A stretch of DNA of 32,000 nt, taken from the NCBI GenBank assembly GCA_028710695.1, contig JAQTTP010000007.1, positions 15,357-47,356 on the forward strand, given 5' to 3'. Origin of the DNA: Candidatus Iainarchaeum sp. (lineage in GTDB: Archaea > Iainarchaeota > Iainarchaeia > Iainarchaeales > 0-14-0-20-30-16). The stretch's first letter is position 1. Each line of letters opens with the position of its first letter. This document shows, piece by piece, positions 25,667-32,000 of this stretch. Both the position numbers and the translations under genes were made by a program. Under the pieces are notes generated by a model, which was not told the DNA's origin, searched no databases, and saw nothing but the letters and a program-made list of their open reading frames with translations.

Positions 25667-28015
25667 ATGGGTAAAAAACTAAAGAAACAGTACTCAGGAA
25701 CAATTTTAGACGTATTCTATGAAAACAATGAAAAGAATGAATCTATAATAAACATTTGCATAAATAATGGAAAAGTTAAACAAATAATAGAAGACCCGTA
25801 TTTTAAGCCTTATTTTTATGTAGAAGCCGGCAACGAAAAGAAGTTCGAGAAAGCCTTAGAAGACAACAAAAACCTTTTCCTAAGCTATGAAAAACAAAAG
25901 AAGCAAGAAAAAAACTTTATCTACAAGTTATATTTTAAAAATACTACTCAATTAATGGAAATGCGAAGCGAGATAAAAAATTTAGACTCATTTGTAGCAA
26001 AGCATGACTATGACATCCCTTTTGATCAGAGATATATTATCGACAAACAAATAACTCCTTTATCACATTATCTCATAACCTCAAAAGAAGGACTAGAATT
26101 TGAAGAAAAGGAAACAGATTTTGTGCCACTATGTTGTGCAGTAGATATTGAAACAACAAGTGATAACAAAGATATGTTAAAAAACGAAATAATTTCCATT
26201 GCAATATATTCAGAAAAAATAAAAATAATCTTAAGTTACAGAGACACAAAAGAAAACAACAATGATCTAGAAGTGTGTAAAGACGAAAAAGAAATGATTG
26301 AAAGAGCTTTAGAAATTTTAAACAATTTTGATTTTATTTTTACGTACAATGGAGACAATTTTGATATTCCAGTAATTTGCAATAGAGCAAAAGAGTTTGA
26401 CATTGACATGGGAATTTATTTAAAACCAAAAATACGAAAATCAAGCATGGGCAAAATTTCATATACGGCAGGAATACAGCACATAGATGTTTACAAAATA
26501 ATTGCTTATCTTGCAAGGGTTGGCAGCATAAGCCTAAACAAATTAGATTTAACAACAGCTTATGAAACTCTTTTAGAAAAAGACAAAATCGACATAGAGT
26601 ATACCGAAATTCCCGAACTCTGGGAAAACATCGAAAAACGAAATCGTTTATTTGAATACAATTTAGATGACTCAAAAGCAACCTACGAGCTTGGAGAAAA
26701 ATATCTTCTTACTTTTACAGAGCTTTCAAAAATGATACACAGAACAGTACAAGACACAATAAGACTTCCAACAAGCAACATGATAGAATCAATAATAATG
26801 TATTATTATGCGAAGGAGAAAAAGTTTATACCAAAAAAACCAATTGGTGACATAGTTGGAGACAGAGAAGAAATCACTTATGTAGGCGGATATGTAAAAC
26901 AACCTGAGCCAAACATATATGAAAATATAGCAGTAATAGATTTCAGGTCACTACACCCCTCAATTATTATTACACACAACATTTCCCCAGAAACATTAAA
27001 TGTCCCTGGAAAGAAGTGTGTATTAAGCCCAACAAAAGACAAATTCAATTTAGAAGTTAAAGCAATAATTCCAGGAATTATAAAAGAAATTTTAGACAAA
27101 AGAATTAAAGTAAAAACAGAAATGCACAAAGCAGACAAAAACAAGCAAGATGTTCTATTTGCAAGACAGTGGAGTTTGAAAAGATTATTGGCAAGTTTCT
27201 ATGGATATTTGGCATATCCTCGAGCAAGGTGGTACTGCTTAGAATGTGCAAGATCAACAGTTGCATATTCCCAAGAATATATCAAAATGGTTTGTGAACA
27301 AGCAGAAAAAAATGCATTGAAAGTAATTTACTCAGACACAGATAGTGCATTCTTAATTTACAGAAAACAAAGCGAGGTAGAAACATTTTTGAAAAAAATA
27401 AATTCTACACTCCCTGGAGAAATAAAACTAACTCTTGACGGTTATTATAAAAGAGGATTATTTGTTGCAAAGAAATCAGAAAATGTCGGTGCAAAAAAAA
27501 GGTATGCCCTAATTGACTTTGAAGGAAATCTAAAAATTGTTGGCTTTGAATTTGTAAGAAGAGATTGGAGCAATGTAGCAAAAAGCCTCCAAAAAGAAGT
27601 TTTAGAAATAATTTTAAAAGAAGGAAATTTAGAAAAAGCAATTAAGAAAATCAGAGAAACTATTGCATTATTGGTGGCCCACAAAGTAAAAAAAGAAGAC
27701 TTAGTTCTATCTTCAAAAATCACAAAGCCACTAAATAAATATAACAACATTTCCCCACATGTTTCTGCAGCAAGAAAAGCAGAGAGAAGAGGGGTTTTAA
27801 TGAAGCCAGGAACTCTTGTAAATTACATTATCACTAAGAACGGGATTTCAATTTCAGAAAGAGCAGAATTAGAACAGTTTGTAAAAGACAATTCTTATGA
27901 CGAAGAATATTATATTAACAACCAAGTGCTTCCGGCAGTAATTCCATTAGTAGAGCAGTTGGGATTCACAAAAGAAAAGCTTATAGAAAGCACAAAACAA
28001 CAAAGATTATTTTAG
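25667..28015 (+). CDS. polB: family B DNA polymerase
   Basis: 782 aa; Exo I DIETT, Exo II YNGDNFDIP, Exo III YNLDDSKATYEL, motif A DFRSLHPSIIITHN, motif B KRLLASFYGYLAYPRARWYCLECARS, motif C YSDTDS, KKRYALIDFEG. Confidence 0.97.
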   Translation: MGKKLKKQYSGTILDVFYENNEKNESIINICINNGKVKQIIEDPYFKPYFYVEAGNEKKFEKALEDNKNLFLSYEKQKKQEKNFIYKLYFKNTTQLMEMRSEIKNLDSFVAKHDYDIPFDQRYIIDKQITPLSHYLITSKEGLEFEEKETDFVPLCCAVDIETTSDNKDMLKNEIISIAIYSEKIKIILSYRDTKENNNDLEVCKDEKEMIERALEILNNFDFIFTYNGDNFDIPVICNRAKEFDIDMGIYLKPKIRKSSMGKISYTAGIQHIDVYKIIAYLARVGSISLNKLDLTTAYETLLEKDKIDIEYTEIPELWENIEKRNRLFEYNLDDSKATYELGEKYLLTFTELSKMIHRTVQDTIRLPTSNMIESIIMYYYAKEKKFIPKKPIGDIVGDREEITYVGGYVKQPEPNIYENIAVIDFRSLHPSIIITHNISPETLNVPGKKCVLSPTKDKFNLEVKAIIPGIIKEILDKRIKVKTEMHKADKNKQDVLFARQWSLKRLLASFYGYLAYPRARWYCLECARSTVAYSQEYIKMVCEQAEKNALKVIYSDTDSAFLIYRKQSEVETFLKKINSTLPGEIKLTLDGYYKRGLFVAKKSENVGAKKRYALIDFEGNLKIVGFEFVRRDWSNVAKSLQKEVLEIILKEGNLEKAIKKIRETIALLVAHKVKKEDLVLSSKITKPLNKYNNISPHVSAARKAERRGVLMKPGTLVNYIITKNGISISERAELEQFVKDNSYDEEYYINNQVLPAVIPLVEQLGFTKEKLIESTKQQRLF

Positions 28016-28024
28016 GGTGTAAAC

Positions 28025-28918
28025 GTGGATATTATTTTAGAAAATATGGAAAAAGCAAACAAAGCATGGCAAGCAGCAAAGAAGGTTGCGGAAAAAGAAA
28101 TTAAAGCTGGCAAATCTATCCTGACTTGTGCAGAAAAAATAGAGGCAGAGATTAAAAAGCACGCAGAAATTGCATTTCCTGTGAATCTATCTCGAAACAA
28201 TTCTGCAGCACATTATTCTCCACTCTCAGATTCCAAAGAAATTTGGGGTAAGGATGATTTAATCAAAGTTGATATTGGAGCACAGTCAAATGGTTATACA
28301 GTAGATGGTGCATTCACAATAGATTTATCTGGAAAAAATGAAAATCTAGTTGAAGCAAGCAAAAAGGCTTTAGAAAAAGCATTAGATTATGTTAAAAAAA
28401 ATAAAAAGGATTCCAAAGTAGGGGAGATAGGGGCAATTATTGAAAAAGAAATTGTTTCATTTGGATTCAAACCAATTTCAAATCTTATGGGCCACGAAAT
28501 TTCAACCTATAATTTACATGCAGGAAAAAGCATTCCAAATATTTCCCAAAAAGATGATTCTATTTTAGGCACAAATAAAATTTATGCAATAGAGCCTTTT
28601 GCAAGTACAGGAAACGGATTTGTAAAGAATGCATCTTTTTGCAGTATTTATTTTCCAACAAATAAACAAACAAGAAACACAACTGGCAGACAGATTTTAA
28701 AAGAAATTGAGAGCTTCAAAGGTTTGCCATTTTCCGAGAGGTGGATTGGAAAAAAGATAAACTCAATAAGCAAAAAAATGGCTTTAGCCTTGTTAGTTAA
28801 AGAAGGGTGCATAAGACCCGCACCACAATTAGATGATAAAGAAGGATGCCTGATTTCGCAAGCAGAAGCAACCATTTATATAGATGAAAATAATATTATT
28901 CATATATTTGCTAGGTGA
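28025..28918 (+). CDS. map: methionine aminopeptidase type II
   Basis: GTG start; FPVNLSRNNSAAHYSPL, KVDIGAQSNGYTVDGAFTIDLSG, NLMGHEISTYNLHAGKSIPNI, YAIEPFASTG. Confidence 0.93.
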   Translation: MDIILENMEKANKAWQAAKKVAEKEIKAGKSILTCAEKIEAEIKKHAEIAFPVNLSRNNSAAHYSPLSDSKEIWGKDDLIKVDIGAQSNGYTVDGAFTIDLSGKNENLVEASKKALEKALDYVKKNKKDSKVGEIGAIIEKEIVSFGFKPISNLMGHEISTYNLHAGKSIPNISQKDDSILGTNKIYAIEPFASTGNGFVKNASFCSIYFPTNKQTRNTTGRQILKEIESFKGLPFSERWIGKKINSISKKMALALLVKEGCIRPAPQLDDKEGCLISQAEATIYIDENNIIHIFAR

Positions 28919-28922
28919 TTTT

Positions 28923-29555
28923 ATGCAAAAAGAAAAAGAATATATCAACGAAGATGTAAAACAAGCACATGAAGAACTACAAGCAAAGCTAAAAGATCCG
29001 GCTGAAAAAAATAAACTAAAAAAACACTTACAAGAAATAAAATCTGGAGAAACAAGGCTTGAAATGGTTTATTCGCAGTCACCTTACAAGTTTGCATTAC
29101 CCAATGGTTCTGACTTTGATTTTAAAAGATATATTGAAACTCTAAAAGCAGTGAGAAGAAAGATAAGAATTTTAGATGTCGGCGCAGGAAAAGGCCACTT
29201 TTTAGCATTACTCAAAAAAGATTTCGGAAAAAAAATCCACACAACCGCATTAGATATCTATGAACACCCAGAACTTAACGAAAAATACAAAGAGGGATTA
29301 ATAGATGAGGTTATTTATGAATCTGCAGAACTATTTCTTCCAAAACAAGCATATGACATCATAGTTTCCAATCTTGGGGGCTTAAAATATTCAATAATGC
29401 CAGAACTAGTTATTAGAAAGCTATCACATTCTTTAAGAAGCGGCGGCATATTATTAATTTACCCATTACTTAAAATCCCAAAAGAAATTGCAAAAGACAA
29501 GAGATTCAAAACATTGAAGCTTCAAGATGCAATAGCAATAAAAAAAGAGGAATAA
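28923..29555 (+). CDS. class I SAM-dependent methyltransferase
   Basis: RRKIRILDVGAGKGHFLALLKKDFGKKIHTTALDIYE; YDIIVSNLGGLKYSIMPELVIRKLSHSLRSGGILLIYPLL. ATG 28923 avoids overlap with map; track ORF starts 28884. Confidence 0.8.
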   Translation: MQKEKEYINEDVKQAHEELQAKLKDPAEKNKLKKHLQEIKSGETRLEMVYSQSPYKFALPNGSDFDFKRYIETLKAVRRKIRILDVGAGKGHFLALLKKDFGKKIHTTALDIYEHPELNEKYKEGLIDEVIYESAELFLPKQAYDIIVSNLGGLKYSIMPELVIRKLSHSLRSGGILLIYPLLKIPKEIAKDKRFKTLKLQDAIAIKKEE

Positions 29556-29556
29556 A

Positions 29557-29970
29557 TTACTTCTTAACTTTAAACTTGGGATCTACCACAACTCTAAAAT
29601 CAGTCATTTTCACTTTCTTTGGCTTTACTTTGTCCACAAAGTGCTTAAATGTTATGAAGCCATCTTCTGGGCCTCTACAAGAATAAATTTGAAAGGCAAT
29701 TGAGCTAAACTCAGGATAAGTATGTATTGCTACATGTGACTCTCCAAGCAAAAATGCCAAAGTATATCCTTGAGGCTTAAAATTATAGCTTGCCTCACCA
29801 AGGATTGTGAATTTTTCTTTCTTTAAACCTTGTTTAAGAGAGTTATAAAGAAGCTTAGAATTAGTGATTATTTTGTCTTCTATTCCATAAAGAACTACTG
29901 AGATTTCATTACCAATTGGAGAGCTAATAAAATTCCCTTTTTTATCACTATGACATCTTTTGTTTTGCAT
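29557..29970 (-). CDS. speD: S-adenosylmethionine decarboxylase proenzyme family (SpeD-like)
   Basis: LAFLLGESHVAIHTYPEFSSIAFQIYSCRG contains the ESHxxIHTxPE processing/catalytic motif. Confidence 0.88.
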   Translation of the reverse strand: MQNKRCHSDKKGNFISSPIGNEISVVLYGIEDKIITNSKLLYNSLKQGLKKEKFTILGEASYNFKPQGYTLAFLLGESHVAIHTYPEFSSIAFQIYSCRGPEDGFITFKHFVDKVKPKKVKMTDFRVVVDPKFKVKK

Positions 29971-30001
29971 TATGTTTTTTAATATAGCAAATCTTTTAAA
30001 G

Positions 30002-30724
30002 TTATTTATTTTTTTTCTGGCTTTGAGATTTAAAATCTAAATAAAATCCCCACAGAGCAGCAAATGCAAATAGCACTGCAAATTCACAATAAATTGAGGG
30101 GAACATTATCTTCAAAGACGGCAAGATAAATATTAAAATTATTGGTGGAAATAGAGATAACACCAAAGCAAGTAACACAATAATATCCAATTGCCTTTTT
30201 ACCCCTTTTTTCTTTATTGCATGCAGAATTAAGAAAATCGCAATTAAACAAATAAATCCAAAATAATAAACCAAATACACGGCTCCAATCCAATGGCCCA
30301 TAAACATATTACGTGTTGTTACAAAAAAACTTCCACATGCAGCAAGACTTATGAAGTTAGAGTTAATCAAAACAAATATCGATGTTGCAACAGGGATCAC
30401 AAAAATTGGAATTAAGTAAATTTTCTTTCTTAAGTAATCCAAAGCATAATACAACCCCAAAGCAGGCAGGAATGAGTAGGTTATGAATCCAAGTTTAGCC
30501 CATAAAAACGGGTTCGAAGTAGTACACAAAAAGAATTCAGTTAATTGATAAAAACCAAGAACATAAAGGAAGACAACCAAAGATTTATGTAAAGTTGACT
30601 TTTTAAAATAAAGCAAAATAAATGTTGCAACTAGGGCTTCAAATATTGCAATTGATAAAGATACTGCAGGTGTAAAGCACATAATAGAAAAGGAACACCG
30701 AGCTTTATTAATCTTTTTATGCAC
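30002..30724 (-). CDS. hypothetical polytopic (about 7 TM) membrane protein
   Basis: Series of hydrophobic helices, e.g. AVSLSIAIFEALVATFILLYF, LIPIFVIPVATSIFVLI, IIVLLALVLSLFPPIILIFILP; reminiscent of N-terminal 7TM sensor domains. Confidence 0.55.
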   Translation of the reverse strand: MHKKINKARCSFSIMCFTPAVSLSIAIFEALVATFILLYFKKSTLHKSLVVFLYVLGFYQLTEFFLCTTSNPFLWAKLGFITYSFLPALGLYYALDYLRKKIYLIPIFVIPVATSIFVLINSNFISLAACGSFFVTTRNMFMGHWIGAVYLVYYFGFICLIAIFLILHAIKKKGVKRQLDIIVLLALVLSLFPPIILIFILPSLKIMFPSIYCEFAVLFAFAALWGFYLDFKSQSQKKNK

Positions 30725-30735
30725 TTATCCATATT

Positions 30736-31623
30736 ATGAAGAAATTTCCTACTTGCTATTTGGCACCAATCTCTGAATACACCCACAGAGCATATAGAGA
30801 ACTCTGCAAAAAAAGAGGGGCGGAGTTTACTTTCGCACCACTAATTAATACAACACAAATAATACACCAAAAAGACAAAAACATACATCGATTTATAGAT
30901 TTCGAAAAAGAAAAAAAAGTAGGAATACAGTTATTTGGATCAAGACCAGAAGAATATCCGCGTGCTATTGAAAGAATAAACACATTCGAAAAAATAAAAT
31001 GGCTAGATGTTAATGCAGGATGCCCAATGCCAAAGATCACAAAAATTGGGGCTGGATCAAGGCTTCTTACAAATCAAGATACCCTTATTGAGATTTTAAA
31101 ATCAATCCAAGGTTTTGATTTTACAAAATCAGTAAAGATAAGGCTCTTAAAAAATAGTGAAAGCACAAAAAAATTAGTTGAAAAGCTTTCACCATTAGTT
31201 GATGTAATAATTATTCATGGACGAACCCCAGAACAAAGGTATTCTGGAACTGCAAATTGGGATATAATAAAAGAAATTAATGAAACTACAGACAATTTCA
31301 TTATTGGAAACGGAGACATCCAAACTATAGCGCAAGGAAAAAAATACATCAAAGAAAAATATTGTGATGGATTTATGATCGGAAGAGAAGCAATGAAAAA
31401 CCCTTGGCTTTTCTCAAAAAAAGACGCAAATCCAAAAAAGATTTTCTTTGAATATTACAAATTTTATAAAAAATATAAAATCTCAAACCCGAATGATTTA
31501 AAACAAAAAGCAATCCAGTTCTTCCACAGTTTCCGGGGCGCAAAAGAACTAAGATCAACAATTGGAAATATGTTTAGCGAAGAAGAAATTGTAGGATATA
31601 TTAAAGATCATGATTTTAAGTAG
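30736..31623 (+). CDS. tRNA-dihydrouridine synthase (Dus family)
   Basis: YLAPISEYTHRAYRELCKKRGAEFTFAPLI, VQLFGSRPEEYPRA, LDVNAGCPMPKITKIGAGSRLL, IIIHGRTPEQRYSGTANWDII, GFMIGREAMKNPWLF. Confidence 0.93.
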   Translation: MKKFPTCYLAPISEYTHRAYRELCKKRGAEFTFAPLINTTQIIHQKDKNIHRFIDFEKEKKVGIQLFGSRPEEYPRAIERINTFEKIKWLDVNAGCPMPKITKIGAGSRLLTNQDTLIEILKSIQGFDFTKSVKIRLLKNSESTKKLVEKLSPLVDVIIIHGRTPEQRYSGTANWDIIKEINETTDNFIIGNGDIQTIAQGKKYIKEKYCDGFMIGREAMKNPWLFSKKDANPKKIFFEYYKFYKKYKISNPNDLKQKAIQFFHSFRGAKELRSTIGNMFSEEEIVGYIKDHDFK

Positions 31624-32000
31624 TACAACCTTTCATTCTCGGGGAACTTCTCAATTGAGTACCGCAACATCGTTCTTGGCATCTTTTTAAAGTGTTTATC
31701 TAAAAATTTCTTTTCAACAGAAATTTCTTTTTTTCCTATTTCTCTCAGCATCCAGCCTACTGCTTTGTGTATCAAATCGTGCTTATCTTCAAGCAGGATT
31801 TCTGCAATCTTCAATGCATCTTCAAAAGAATCATTTTTTATAAACCAAAAAGTAGAAATTACCGCAATTCTTTTTTCCCACAAATCTTTTGACTTTACAA
31901 GTTTATACAAAATTAACTTTTCTTTATCAACCAAATATTCCCCCACAATTTTATGGGCAGACAAATCCACTAAATCCCAGTTGTTTATATATTTCGTATT
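31608..32000 (-). CDS. AlkD-like DNA alkylation repair (HEAT-repeat) protein, N-terminus beyond window edge
   Basis: ...NTKYINNWDLVDLSAHKIVGEYLVDKEKLILYKLVKSKDLWEKRIAVISTFWFIKNDSFEDALKIAEILLEDKHDLIHKAVGWMLREIGKKEIS...PRTMLRYSIEKFPENERLYYLKS. Frame stays open to 32000, so the track GTG start at 31970 is artefactual. Confidence 0.85.
   Translation of the reverse strand, partial: NTKYINNWDLVDLSAHKIVGEYLVDKEKLILYKLVKSKDLWEKRIAVISTFWFIKNDSFEDALKIAEILLEDKHDLIHKAVGWMLREIGKKEISVEKKFLDKHFKKMPRTMLRYSIEKFPENERLYYLKS

Noticed and set aside
26340-27750. Minus ORFs opposite polB (26340, 26878, 27405, 27445)
   Set aside because: Shadow ORFs of the well supported polymerase gene; Leu/Phe-rich translations with no motifs.
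1-32000. Searched by eye for CRISPR repeats, transposases, toxin-antitoxin, phage or defence genes
   Set aside because: No regularly spaced direct repeats and no recognisable mobile or defence domains; gene content is housekeeping.

Overview
This 32 kb window looks like a gene-dense, AT-rich archaeal chromosome segment. Informational genes are archaeal-type (PheT, AlaRS, GluRS, PolB, type II MetAP, AglB/STT3, TrmB regulator). Divergent motifs and compact layout suggest a DPANN-like lineage (Woese-/Pace-archaeota-like), but that is inference. Most ORFs are housekeeping: aminoacyl-tRNA synthetases, N-glycosylation enzymes, an Isc-type Fe-S pair, DNA polymerase B, SpeD, Dus, and DNA repair genes (NurA, AlkD-like) cut by the two window edges. 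I see no CRISPR array, transposase or defence island. The points most worth a second look are: (1) PolB with the steric-gate Tyr of SLYPSI replaced by His and the motif B Asn replaced by Ala; (2) a 180 bp intergenic region (14428-14607) with five or more tandem inverted repeats, a candidate ncRNA; (3) a four-hairpin array downstream of serS; (4) an unlisted 43-aa ORF whose C-terminus resembles ribosomal protein eL41, preceded by two hairpins; (5) a kinase-fold protein whose catalytic loop reads HGH instead of HGD; (6) GluRS with KASGR in place of KMSKS; (7) AglB with WWSEG in place of WWDYG; (8) an IscU fused to a DUF1858-like cysteine tail; (9) a 7-bp-arm palindrome around a TATA-like sequence between trmB-like and orphan binding-protein genes; (10) secreted/anchored surface-protein candidates. 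No single undescribed system can be established from sequence alone.
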